In this document: one piece after another, positions 1 to 9,714 of the stretch
How positions within the stretch are numbered: the stretch's first letter is position 1
How the letters are laid out: each line of letters starts with the position of its first letter
Assembly: GCA_031370645.1 (NCBI GenBank)
Contig: JANMQV010000026.1
Coordinates: 1 to 20,236 of the forward strand
DNA from: Candidatus Eiseniibacteriota bacterium
GTDB taxonomy: Bacteria; Eisenbacteria; RBG-16-71-46; SZUA-252
Length of the DNA: 20,236 bases
Direction of reading: 5' to 3'
The notes under the pieces: generated by a model
Told to the model about the DNA's origin: nothing
Databases searched by the model: none
Seen by the model: the letters and a program-made list of their open reading frames with translations, nothing else
Position numbers and translations under genes: made by a program

Positions 1-1
1 C

Positions 2-1048
2 GACTTCCAGCAGGCGGGCGCGTACGAAATCCGCCTCGCCGCCGAGAGCTCTCACCGTGCCGCCGGCGTGAGTGATCCGGTCGTCACGGAATCTTCCGTG
101 AGCCTCACCCTGTCCATCGCCGACACGCCTCGCCGGCCCACCGCGAGTCCTGGCGGGCCGTATGCGGGCGTCATCGGCGTTCCGATCGCGTTCGACGGCT
201 CCGCTTCCTCAGACCCCGACGGTACGCCACTCGGGTCCTACTCGTGGAATTACGGCGACGGCTCGGAGGGCGTCGGCGTGATCCCCTCCCACGCGTACGT
301 GGCGGGCGGGGTCTATATCGTCTCGCTCACCGTGAGCGACGGCGCGTTGGAGGCGACCGCCGCGACGAGCGCGACGGTGAACGATCTCTTTGCGGCGCGC
401 GCCTTCCCCGCGCCACAGGATCGCGTGATCCGACTCCTCTCGGCAAAACGCGAAGCCTGCCTCCATCTCGAGGCGGTCGATGGCTCGTTCTTGAACGGCG
501 ACGTCGATCTCGGAACGATTTCGCTTCTGTCGAGCGGCACGGGGGAGGTGGAGCGGATCGCCGCGATCGGCACGAAAGGCGCCACGGCCGGCGATGCGGA
601 CCGAAACGGAATCGCGGACCTCGAGGTTTGCTTCTCGAAGGAAGGTCTCAGACGGCTCTTCTCGAAACTCCCCGCGGGGAAGCAGCGCGTTCCCGTCACG
701 ATCGGGGGCGCCCTTTCGTCGGGTGGTCGGCTCCGCGCCGAGATCACGCTGGAAATCGTCGGTTCCGGCGGCGGGCTGGCGGTGTCCGTGGCGCCGAACC
801 CGATTCGGGCCGGCGGGGTCGTTTCGCTCCATGCCGGCGTGAGTGGAGTGGTGACCTTCCGGCTCTTCGATACGGCGGGGCGGCTCGTCCGAGCGATCGC
901 GATCGATCGACTTGGCGCGGGAGCCTACCGCGACGTCCCGTTCGATGGACGGGACGATTCCGGGCGATTCCTACGATCGGGAATCTATTTCTATCGTGTC
1001 GAATCGTCGCAAGGGAGCGGTTCCGGGCGGCTGGCGCTGGTACGATAG
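2..1048 (+). CDS. Secreted/surface protein, 5'-truncated: end of an Ig-like repeat, PKD domain, uncharacterised domain, FlgD-Ig/T9SS-type C-terminal domain
   Basis: The frame is open from the window edge (GAC TTC CAG...) to TAG at 1046-1048. It has a PKD motif (FDGSASSDPDG...YSWNYGDG...HAY...G.Y.VSLTVSDG) and a C-terminal VAPNP...LFDTAGRLVR...FDGRDDSGRFLRSGIYFYRV typical of FlgD-Ig/Por-secretion tails. Confidence 0.85.
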   Translation, partial: DFQQAGAYEIRLAAESSHRAAGVSDPVVTESSVSLTLSIADTPRRPTASPGGPYAGVIGVPIAFDGSASSDPDGTPLGSYSWNYGDGSEGVGVIPSHAYVAGGVYIVSLTVSDGALEATAATSATVNDLFAARAFPAPQDRVIRLLSAKREACLHLEAVDGSFLNGDVDLGTISLLSSGTGEVERIAAIGTKGATAGDADRNGIADLEVCFSKEGLRRLFSKLPAGKQRVPVTIGGALSSGGRLRAEITLEIVGSGGGLAVSVAPNPIRAGGVVSLHAGVSGVVTFRLFDTAGRLVRAIAIDRLGAGAYRDVPFDGRDDSGRFLRSGIYFYRVESSQGSGSGRLALVR

Positions 1049-1108
1049 GCCCCTCGGCGCCGCGGCCCGGCCGTGCACCTGCGCCGTCAAATCCACCAGG
1101 GAGGGATC

Positions 1109-1633
1109 ATGATGACTCGAGTCCAGAGACGAACGGTCGGGGCACTCCTCGCGCTCTCCGCGGCGGCGTTCCTCACCGGATGCAATCCGGAGCAATATGT
1201 CGCCGCGAAGATCGATCCGACGCAGGGGAATAGCGCCACGGGCGAGGTCCGCTTTTTCAAGGTCGAGACAGGGGTGCGGATCGTCGCGTCGATCTCCGGG
1301 CTCTCGCCCGGGAAGCACGGGTTCCATTTGCACGAAAAGGGCGACTGCTCCGCACCCGACGCCATGTCGGCGGGCGGACATTACAACCCGCTCGGCGCGC
1401 CGCACGGTAGCCCCGACGCGAACCGCACCGCGCGCCACCTTGGGGATCTCGGGAATCTGAACGCCGACGCCGGAGGAAAGGCGACGTACGATCGCGTCGA
1501 CACGCTCCTCGTCTACGCCGATCTCGTCGGCCTCTCCGTTCTGGTACATGGCAAAGAGGACGACCTGACGTCGCAGCCCGTGGGGAACGCGGGGCCGCGG
1601 ATCGGTTGCGGCGTGATCAAAGCGAGAGAGTGA
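1109..1633 (+). CDS. sodC: Cu/Zn superoxide dismutase, predicted lipoprotein
   Basis: Motifs HGFHLHEKGDC, SAGGHYNP, HG...HLGDLGNL, VHGKEDD and GNAGPRIGCGVI are present. Signal peptide with lipobox LTGC. AGGGAGGG RBS before ATG 1109/1112. Confidence 0.95.
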   Translation: MMTRVQRRTVGALLALSAAAFLTGCNPEQYVAAKIDPTQGNSATGEVRFFKVETGVRIVASISGLSPGKHGFHLHEKGDCSAPDAMSAGGHYNPLGAPHGSPDANRTARHLGDLGNLNADAGGKATYDRVDTLLVYADLVGLSVLVHGKEDDLTSQPVGNAGPRIGCGVIKARE

Positions 1634-2892
1634 TCGTCGTCGTCGGAGCCGGCGCGGCCGGCTTCATGGCGGCCGTCTTTGCGGCGGGCGGCCCGGACGA
1701 TTCCGGCTCCGCCCGCTCCGGGCATTCCGGCGCCTCGCCCCGCGTGCTCCTCCTTGAGCGAACCTCCGAGGGAGGGAAGAAGATCCTCATGAGCGGCGGC
1801 GGCCGCTGCAACGTGCTCCCTTCCGAACTCGATCCCGCCCGCTACGTTACCGCGTCCTCGTCGAACACGATGAAGAAGATGCTCCTCTCCTGGCCGCTGC
1901 GCGAGCAGCGCCGATTCTTCGAGGAGACGCTCAGCATGCCGCTCGCGCTCGAGGAGGAGACGGGGAAGCTCTTTCCCGTCACGAACAAGGCGCGCGAGGT
2001 GCGGGACCGGCTTCGTGCGCTCGCCGACCGGCTCGGTGTCGAGGTGCGGGGCGACGCGATGGTGACGGGACTCGAGCCCGCCACGGCGGGAGGATGGCGG
2101 GTCCTTCTCGCCGGCGGTGGGACGATCGAGGCGGATCGCGTGATCGTGGCGACGGGCGGGCTTTCGGTGCCCGCCACCGGGAGCGACGGCACCGGCATCG
2201 ACATCGTGCGACGCCTCGGACACACGATTCACGATCTCTACCCGGCGCTCACGCCGCTCACCGCTTCACCGCATCGTTACGCTGCGCTCTCCGGGGTGTC
2301 GCTTCCGGTGACGATCACGGCGCCGGGGGCGAAACCTCGATTCAGCACGAGGGGCGGATTCCTGTTCACGCACAAGGGGTATAGCGGGCCCGCGGTGCTG
2401 AACGCATCGCACCTCGCCATCCTCTCCAAGCGGAGGGGCGGATCTCGCCAGGCGTTTCTCGTCCAGTGGACGGCGCTCGGCGAGTCGGCCTGGGATCGCT
2501 TGCTCCGCGAAGCGGAGGGAACGGTGGGGGGCGTTCTTCGCCGGCATCTTCCCACGCGTCTCGTGGACGCGCTCCTCGACGACGCGGAAGTTTCGGGATC
2601 GCTCCCGCTCGCGCATCTCGATCGCGAATCACGGCGGCGCGTCGTGGAGGCGATGGCCCGGCACCCGCTCCCCTGGACCGGCGACGAAGGGTACGGCAAG
2701 GCGGAGGTCACGGGAGGAGGCGTGGCGTTGGAAGAGGTCGATCCGAGGACGCTGGAGAGCCGCCTCCATCCGGGACTCTATCTCTGCGGGGAAATCCTCG
2801 ATGCCTTCGGACCGATCGGCGGATACAACTTCGCCTGGGCGTGGGCCACGGGCCGCGCGGCGGGGATGGCGGCTCGCGAGAGGGCGGTCTAA
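1630..2892 (+). CDS. HI0933/YhiN (BaiN-like) family FAD-dependent oxidoreductase
   Basis: Family motifs GAGAAG, GKKILMSGGGRCN, ATGGLSVPATGSDG, FTHKGYSGPAVL, AEVTGGGV and GEILDAFGPIGGYNFAWAWATG. The GTG start at 1630 overlaps the sodC stop (GTGA). Confidence 0.92.
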   Translation: MIVVVGAGAAGFMAAVFAAGGPDDSGSARSGHSGASPRVLLLERTSEGGKKILMSGGGRCNVLPSELDPARYVTASSSNTMKKMLLSWPLREQRRFFEETLSMPLALEEETGKLFPVTNKAREVRDRLRALADRLGVEVRGDAMVTGLEPATAGGWRVLLAGGGTIEADRVIVATGGLSVPATGSDGTGIDIVRRLGHTIHDLYPALTPLTASPHRYAALSGVSLPVTITAPGAKPRFSTRGGFLFTHKGYSGPAVLNASHLAILSKRRGGSRQAFLVQWTALGESAWDRLLREAEGTVGGVLRRHLPTRLVDALLDDAEVSGSLPLAHLDRESRRRVVEAMARHPLPWTGDEGYGKAEVTGGGVALEEVDPRTLESRLHPGLYLCGEILDAFGPIGGYNFAWAWATGRAAGMAARERAV

Positions 2893-2929
2893 AACGCGAA
2901 ACGGGGCGTCACCCGTAGGTAACGCCCCG
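2891..2929 (-). terminator. Intrinsic terminator of csp1
   Basis: Minus strand reads CGGGGCGTTACC-TACG-GGTGACGCCCCG-TTTCGCGTTTT. The UNCG tetraloop and G-U pair work on the minus strand. Confidence 0.8.
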
Positions 2930-2961
2930 CCGCTTGTTCTTCGAATTCTGGTCTGGGTGGC

Positions 2962-3162
2962 TTACGCCTTGCGGACGTTCGCCGCCTGAAGACCCTTGGG
3001 TCCCTTCGTCACATCGAACTCCAAGCGCTCGCCCTCGGCCAGCGTCTTGAAGCCTTCACCGGTGATCGCCGAGTAGTGAACAAACACGTCCTCGCCGTTC
3101 TCCTGCTGGATGAAACCAAAACCCTTCGACTCGTTGAACCACTTCACAGTTCCTACAGCCAC
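2962..3162 (-). CDS. cspA: Cold-shock protein (CspA family), copy 1, 66 aa
   Basis: GTVKWFN, RNP1 KGFGFI, RNP2 VFVHY and [19 protein letters not shown] 6 nt before GTG at 3162. Confidence 0.95.
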   Translation of the reverse strand: MAVGTVKWFNESKGFGFIQQENGEDVFVHYSAITGEGFKTLAEGERLEFDVTKGPKGLQAANVRKA

Positions 3163-3267
3163 TATGTACTCCTTGGATACCGGGGCAATCGCCCCAACTT
3201 GCCGCCCTTCCAGGCAGCCAACCCGGCCAGTATGGCTGGGCCTCCGAGCGAATATTTGCCCGGATAC

Positions 3268-3298
3268 AATAAAAGCCGCAGGAGACTTCCCCTGCGGC
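3268..3298 (-). terminator. Terminator-like hairpin inside the predicted csp1 5' leader
   Basis: Minus strand reads GCCGCAGGGG-AAGT-CTCCTGCGGC-TTTTATT, a 10-bp stem with one G-U pair followed by a U tract. Confidence 0.7.
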
Positions 3299-3353
3299 GA
3301 TTGGTCACGTCTAAACGTTACGCACGACCGACAGGCAACTTCTACTTGCACGA

Positions 3354-3382
3354 AGTATCGGCGGGAATCGGAGTGAAGTAAA
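3354..3382 (-). promoter_or_regulatory. Putative sigma70 promoter for csp1
   Basis: Minus strand TTTACT-N17-GATACT. Confidence 0.55.
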
Positions 3383-3403
3383 GGGGAATTTTCAGCCCCC
3401 GAC

Positions 3404-3432
3404 TTGCCCCCCGGCGCCCCCGGCGGTACCCT
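3404..3432 (+). promoter_or_regulatory. Putative sigma70 promoter for the peroxiredoxin
   Basis: TTGCCC-N17-TACCCT, back-to-back with the csp1 promoter. Confidence 0.4.
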
Positions 3433-3505
3433 CTTCGGCGGAGCCGGACGTCTCGTCTCCGCTTCATCTTACGTGAGTTTCGAAACGAATACCTAGGGGG
3501 AAACG

Positions 3506-4138
3506 ATGAGCATTCGTCTGGGAGACATAGCGCCGGACTTCGCGGCGGAGACCACTTCGGGAACGATGAAGTTTCACGATTGGATGGGAGACGGCTGGGC
3601 GGTGCTCTTCTCGCATCCCAAGGATTTCACGCCGGTCTGCACGACCGAATTGGGTGAAGTGGCGAGGCTGAAGCCGGAGTTTGAGAAGCGCAACGTGAAG
3701 GTGGCGGGGCTAAGCGTCGACCCGCTCGGATCGCACGAGAAGTGGGCCGCGGATATTCACGAGACGCAAGGGCACGCGCTGAATTTTCCGCTGATCGCCG
3801 ACCACGATCGGAAGGTCTCCGATCTCTACGGCATGATTCACCCAAACGCCAACGACACGCTGACCGTTCGCTCAGTCTTCGTCGTGGGGCCGGACAAGAA
3901 GGTCAAGCTCTCAATCACCTACCCGGCCAGCACGGGGCGGAACTTCGAGGAGATCCTCCGCGTCATCGACTCCCTGCAGCTCACGGCGAAGCACAGCGTG
4001 GCCACGCCGGTGAACTGGAAGCAGGGCGAAGACGTGATCATCGCGAGCAGCGTCTCGGACGAGGACGCGAAGAAGAAATTCCCGCAGGGATGGAAAGCGC
4101 CGAAACCGTATTTGCGAATCGTCCCGCAGCCGAAGTGA
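3506..4138 (+). CDS. 1-Cys peroxiredoxin (Prx6/LsfA type)
   Basis: FSHPKDFTPVCTTE active site with a single Cys, plus YPASTGRNFEEILR and TPVNW. AGGGGG RBS. Confidence 0.95.
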   Translation: MSIRLGDIAPDFAAETTSGTMKFHDWMGDGWAVLFSHPKDFTPVCTTELGEVARLKPEFEKRNVKVAGLSVDPLGSHEKWAADIHETQGHALNFPLIADHDRKVSDLYGMIHPNANDTLTVRSVFVVGPDKKVKLSITYPASTGRNFEEILRVIDSLQLTAKHSVATPVNWKQGEDVIIASSVSDEDAKKKFPQGWKAPKPYLRIVPQPK

Positions 4139-4148
4139 CCTCGCTCCG

Positions 4149-5562
<1,414 letters not shown>

Positions 5563-5570
<8 letters not shown>

Positions 5571-6111
5571 GGGGTTCCTCCTGGTCGAAACTTCCGAGCG
5601 GGGCGAAGTCTTCGTGCCCGACGCCATGGTGGCAGCGGATACACGAGATGGGCCCCCGCTTGGAGGTGACTAGTTCATGGGAACCGGACGCGCGCGTGGA
5701 AAAGCGATGTTTGGACGCGCTTCCCGCGTCGATCGCCTCCACGATTTCCTCGTGGCAACGGCGGCACGCCGCCTCCGTCACGGCGCGATTCGCCCGGGTG
5801 ATCCGGATCGGCTCGTGGAACCATCCGGTCGTGAACATGAGCGAGTGGCGAAACCCGTTCGCTGCCTTCACCGCGAATTTCGGAATGAGCGCGTCCGGCG
5901 CGTGACAATCGTTACAGGCGGCCACGGCGCGGTGGCTTCCCCGCGACCACCCCTCGTACTGGGCTTGCATCACGTGGCAGTTGGCGCAAGCCGCCGCGTT
6001 GTGTCCCAGGTACGACGCTCCTTTCGCATAGTAAAACGTGAAGCCGGCCACGCCGATCGTGGCGCCGGCCAAGGCGGCCATCAGCCAGCCCGCCAGGCGC
6101 GTGACTCTCAC
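5563..6111 (-). CDS. nrfH: Tetraheme cytochrome c quinol dehydrogenase, nitrite reductase small subunit
   Basis: N-terminal TM helix, FYYAKGASY, four heme motifs (CANCHVM, CNDCH, CRRCH, CIRCH) and a terminal GVGH. Lies directly upstream of nrfA. The start is uncertain (GTG 6111, ATG 6081 or ATG 6264). Confidence 0.92.
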
Positions 6112-6343
6112 GAAGTTCGCCGCCGTGCGAAGATCGCGTCCCAGAAGGGAAGTGCCACGGCGAGGAGCGCCGGGAGAAGGAGCGTCCGAATGAGCGCCCT
6201 CCCGGCGGCGCGGCGAGCCCGATTCATGGGCCGGAGTATGCCCCAGGCCAGGCGGCGGCGTCATCCTATCGTCGTCTGGACAGCGGGGCTGCGGTAGCGC
6301 ATCGTTCCTCGCGGAATCGCCGCGACCGAAACGGGGGAGACTC

Positions 6344-7522
6344 ATGACAACCACACTGATTCTCGGCGGAGGATTCGGCGGACTCACCTGCGCGCGCGCG
6401 CTCCGCGCGGCGCTGCCGCCGGAACACAGGATCATCGTCGTCGACCGGGCGCCTCTCTTCTTGGTCGGCGCCACAAAAACCTGGGTGATGCTCGGGGAGA
6501 AGAGCGCGGAGGAGATCACGCGGCAGCGCGGCACGCTCCTGCCCGCCGGCGTGGAACTAATCCAGGCCGACGTCATGCGAATCGACGCCGCCACGCGCGA
6601 GGCGCAGACGAGCGCAGGCACGATCAGGGGCGACCATCTCGTCATCGCACTCGGAAGCGAGCAGGAGCTCGGTGCCGTGCCGGGACTCGCGGAGTCGGCT
6701 CACTCCTTCTACGGGCTCCTCGACGCCCTCCACCTCCAGGCGGCGCTCGACGCGTTCAAGGGCGGGCGCGTCGTGTTACTCATCCCGCGTGTCCCATTCC
6801 CCTGTCCTCCGGGGCCGTATGAAGGCATGCTCCTGATCCACGACTTGCTGACGCGGCGGGGGATCCGCGAGAAGTGCACGCTCGACGCCTACACGATGGA
6901 GAAGTTGCCGATGGCGACGGCTGGCCCCGCGATGGGAAACGCCGTGGTGGCACTCCTCACGGAGCGATCGATCGGATATCACCCGCTGAAGAAGACGGCG
7001 CGCGTGGAGCCGGCGCGAAAGGCCGTCCGCTTCGAAGATGGGTCGGAGGCGCTTTTCGATCTCCTGATCACCGTGCCGCCGCATCGCGTCCCGCGCGTGG
7101 CGGTGGAGTCGTGGCTCGCCCCGCCCGAGGGGTGGATCCCCGTCGACCCCGCGACGCTCGCCATCAAGTCACCGAACGCCGCGGCGCATGTCTACGCGAT
7201 CGGCGACGTGACGAGCGTGCCGCTTCCCGGCCGTTGGGTTCCAGAGATGCCGCTCGCGCTCCCCAAGGCGGGGGTCATGGCCGCAGCGCAGGGGGAAGTG
7301 GTCGCGGCGAACATCGCGTCGGTGGTGCGAGGGGAAGCGCCGGTCGCTTCGTTCAACGGCACCGGGCACTGCTTCATCGAGATTGGGGGCAAGCGCGCCA
7401 TGAGGGGCGACGGCGACTTCTTCAAGATGCCTCACCCCGAGATGAGCGCGAATCCTCCCGATGAGGCAGCCTACCGGAGCAAGCAGGAGTGGGTCGCGGG
7501 GATGCTCGCGCCGAGACGCTAG
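6344..7522 (+). CDS. Sulfide:quinone oxidoreductase-like flavoprotein (SQR/FCSD family)
   Basis: ILGGGFGG, CPPGPYE (Cys154), AIGDVT, PKAG and GHCFIE (Cys343) match the two-Cys SQR-like pattern. GGGGAGA RBS. No signal peptide. Confidence 0.8.
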   Translation: MTTTLILGGGFGGLTCARALRAALPPEHRIIVVDRAPLFLVGATKTWVMLGEKSAEEITRQRGTLLPAGVELIQADVMRIDAATREAQTSAGTIRGDHLVIALGSEQELGAVPGLAESAHSFYGLLDALHLQAALDAFKGGRVVLLIPRVPFPCPPGPYEGMLLIHDLLTRRGIREKCTLDAYTMEKLPMATAGPAMGNAVVALLTERSIGYHPLKKTARVEPARKAVRFEDGSEALFDLLITVPPHRVPRVAVESWLAPPEGWIPVDPATLAIKSPNAAAHVYAIGDVTSVPLPGRWVPEMPLALPKAGVMAAAQGEVVAANIASVVRGEAPVASFNGTGHCFIEIGGKRAMRGDGDFFKMPHPEMSANPPDEAAYRSKQEWVAGMLAPRR

Positions 7523-7528
7523 ACGCCG

Positions 7529-9598
7529 CTACTTCGCGACCACCACGCGACCGCGCGCTTCTCCTTCGTCGGTCCGGAGGCGGTAGAAGTAGATCCCTGA
7601 GGGGAGCGTGCGGCCTCGGTCGTCCCGTCCGTCGATCCTCAGTTGGTGACGTCCTTCCGACCGGAATTGTTCCGACGCCAACATCCGCACCAACCGTCCA
7701 CTCGCGTCGTAGAGGCGCGCCTCGATCTTCCCAGGCACGCGAAGGGTGAAGGTGAGCGTCCCCTCCGGATTCATCGGATTGGGAGCGACCGACGCCGACT
7801 GACCCTCCGGGGGGCCCGTGAGGACCACGTTCAGCTCCACGTCGCCTTCGACTCGCCGCCCCGTCACGACGCGCGCGTCCAGCGTCGCTAACTCCGTCCG
7901 GCGGCCGCGCGTTCCCGTGAAGAGTCGTCGGAGGTCCGCGCGCGTGAAACAGGCGTCAAGCTCCGGCACGCCGTTTCGATCCGAATCCCCGACCACGACC
8001 CGCTTCGATGAAATCGGCGCGATCGCGACATCGCTCTCGTTCGGCGCGCGGAGTCGAATCGATGCGAAATCGAGATCGCCGATCGCGAAGGCGCCGTCGA
8101 GCGGTTCGATGTTCAGACAGATCGGAGCACCCTCCTCATTCAGCGGGATCGTTCGGTGCTCGTCGTGCGCCGTCACGCTCGCGGGGAGCGGGGTCACGAG
8201 GTCGTAGAGAAAGACATGTCCCGGATCCGTGCGGGAACCCTGTAGTCCGGCGGCTCCGACGATCGCGTCGGCGATGCCGTCGCCGTTCCAATCGCCGAGC
8301 GAGATCGAGGCTCCGAACGTGCCGTCCGGCTCCGGCCCTTCGAGGACCGCGTCCGGAATGATGTCTGCGCCCGGGCCGCCGTGATAGATGTAAACCCTCC
8401 CTGCGCGGCTGCCATTCACGCCGTCTGCCTGCGGCGCGCCGATCAGAATGTCGGGATATCCGTCGCCGCTCACATCGACTCCTCCCGCCACCGCGAAGCC
8501 GAAGGCGTCGTAGCCCGCCGGGCCGGCGAACTCGAGATCGGCGCTCGAAGCGTTGGGAAGTTCCTGGCCGCCGAAGTAGAGGTAGGCGCGTCCCGCGGTC
8601 ACCTCGAAGTCTTCTCCGGAATCGGGAGCGCCCACGAGGTAGTCGTCGACGCCGTCAGTATTGAAGTCGCCCGCGCGCGTGACTGAGGTGCCGGCGCGAA
8701 ACCGGAACGCGGGTGGTAGGAAGACGCGATCCGCCAGCCGATGAACCGAAATGCCGCCGTAGTGAAGGAGCGCCCGCCCCGTGTTGAAGTTCCCGTCGCC
8801 CGGCTGGCCCACGAGAATGTCGCGGAATCCGTCGTGATTCGCGTCCCCCGCGGCGGCGACCGAAGTGCCGAACTGGAGTTCGTCGGCGATTCCGCCGATC
8901 GGCCGCGCCTCGAAGGTGACGTCGACGACTCCATCCGCCGTGGGGCCGCCGTAAAAGAGATAGCCCCGGCCGACGCGAGTATTCGTTGAGGTGACCGGGA
9001 CGAACCGCGGTGCGCCGACCCAGAGATCGTCGTATCCGTCGCCGTTCGTATCGCCAACGCCGGCCAGCGCCGCACCGAAGAACTCGAGCGATCGCAAACC
9101 GGATAGCGTCCGGTCCGAGATCGCATCGATCGACGGGCCCCCCCAGTAGAGAAAGACACGGCCCATCAACTGATTCACGGGCGATCCCACCGCGATGTCG
9201 GTCCATCCGTCGCCGTTCAAGTCGCCCGCGATTGCCACGGCGTACCCCGTGAGCGAGCGGGATTGAACCAGCGGGACCCGGAGCGTGAGATCGGGACTGT
9301 CATCCGCCGCCGGGCCGCCGAAATAGACGTACGCGCGGCCGCCGTTCGTCGCATCGGCGTCGCTCCACTCGGAGCCGACGACCAGATCGGGGAAGCCGTC
9401 GCCGTTCACATCGCCGGTTGCCGAGACCGAAACGCCGAAGCGGTCTCCGGGAGCGGCGCCGGTGAGTTGCAGGAAGGGAATGGGGGGTGCGGCTGCCATC
9501 GCCGAATCGGGCGTCGCGAGGGCCAGTAGTGCCGAGAGGACGAGGGAGAACCGCAGCGCGGTGGATGCGAGCGGAGTGGCGCGGAATGCGAAGGGCAT
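7529..9598 (-). CDS. Secreted FG-GAP (integrin-alpha-like beta-propeller) protein with FlgD-Ig/T9SS-type C-terminal domain
   Basis: Signal peptide after ATG 9598 (GGGAGA RBS). Seven FG...GDxNGDGxxD...GAP...GRxYxYxG repeats. C-terminal VAPNP...LYDASGRLVR...DGRDDRGRTLPSGIYFYRL. Confidence 0.9.
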   Translation of the reverse strand: MPFAFRATPLASTALRFSLVLSALLALATPDSAMAAAPPIPFLQLTGAAPGDRFGVSVSATGDVNGDGFPDLVVGSEWSDADATNGGRAYVYFGGPAADDSPDLTLRVPLVQSRSLTGYAVAIAGDLNGDGWTDIAVGSPVNQLMGRVFLYWGGPSIDAISDRTLSGLRSLEFFGAALAGVGDTNGDGYDDLWVGAPRFVPVTSTNTRVGRGYLFYGGPTADGVVDVTFEARPIGGIADELQFGTSVAAAGDANHDGFRDILVGQPGDGNFNTGRALLHYGGISVHRLADRVFLPPAFRFRAGTSVTRAGDFNTDGVDDYLVGAPDSGEDFEVTAGRAYLYFGGQELPNASSADLEFAGPAGYDAFGFAVAGGVDVSGDGYPDILIGAPQADGVNGSRAGRVYIYHGGPGADIIPDAVLEGPEPDGTFGASISLGDWNGDGIADAIVGAAGLQGSRTDPGHVFLYDLVTPLPASVTAHDEHRTIPLNEEGAPICLNIEPLDGAFAIGDLDFASIRLRAPNESDVAIAPISSKRVVVGDSDRNGVPELDACFTRADLRRLFTGTRGRRTELATLDARVVTGRRVEGDVELNVVLTGPPEGQSASVAPNPMNPEGTLTFTLRVPGKIEARLYDASGRLVRMLASEQFRSEGRHQLRIDGRDDRGRTLPSGIYFYRLRTDEGEARGRVVVAK

Positions 9599-9644
9599 GG
9601 GATCTCCCGTACGGAGCGCGGTGTCGAGCCAGGTTCTTCCTGGA

Positions 9645-9653
9645 ATCATAGCA
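9645..9653 (-). promoter_or_regulatory. Putative extended -10 promoter for the FG-GAP gene
   Basis: TGCTATGAT (TGn-TATGAT) about 45 nt upstream of the ATG. Confidence 0.4.
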
Positions 9654-9714
9654 CCCGGAGGCGTCGCGGGGAGTACCTGGAGCGTGACGTGATTCTGGAA
9701 AGGCTGAGCCCGGT

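Noticed and set aside
244-1233. 329-aa Arg-rich plus-strand ORF
   Set aside because: Alternative frame of the PKD gene, with Arg/Gly-rich composition typical of off-frame GC-rich DNA.
6112-6343. FNR/CRP-type operator in the nrfH-SQR intergenic region
   Set aside because: I found no TTGAT-N4-ATCAA or TGTGA-N6-TCACA match by eye.
6112-6645. Long N-terminal extension of NrfH in the ORF track (360 aa)
   Set aside because: It overlaps the SQR-like gene on the other strand, and NrfH similarity begins only near 6111-6081.
8200-9480. Recurrent GTCGCCGTT-like DNA repeats as a possible CRISPR or tandem array
   Set aside because: They are the codons of the FG-GAP NGDG motifs. They are degenerate, have no constant repeat/spacer structure, and no cas genes are present.
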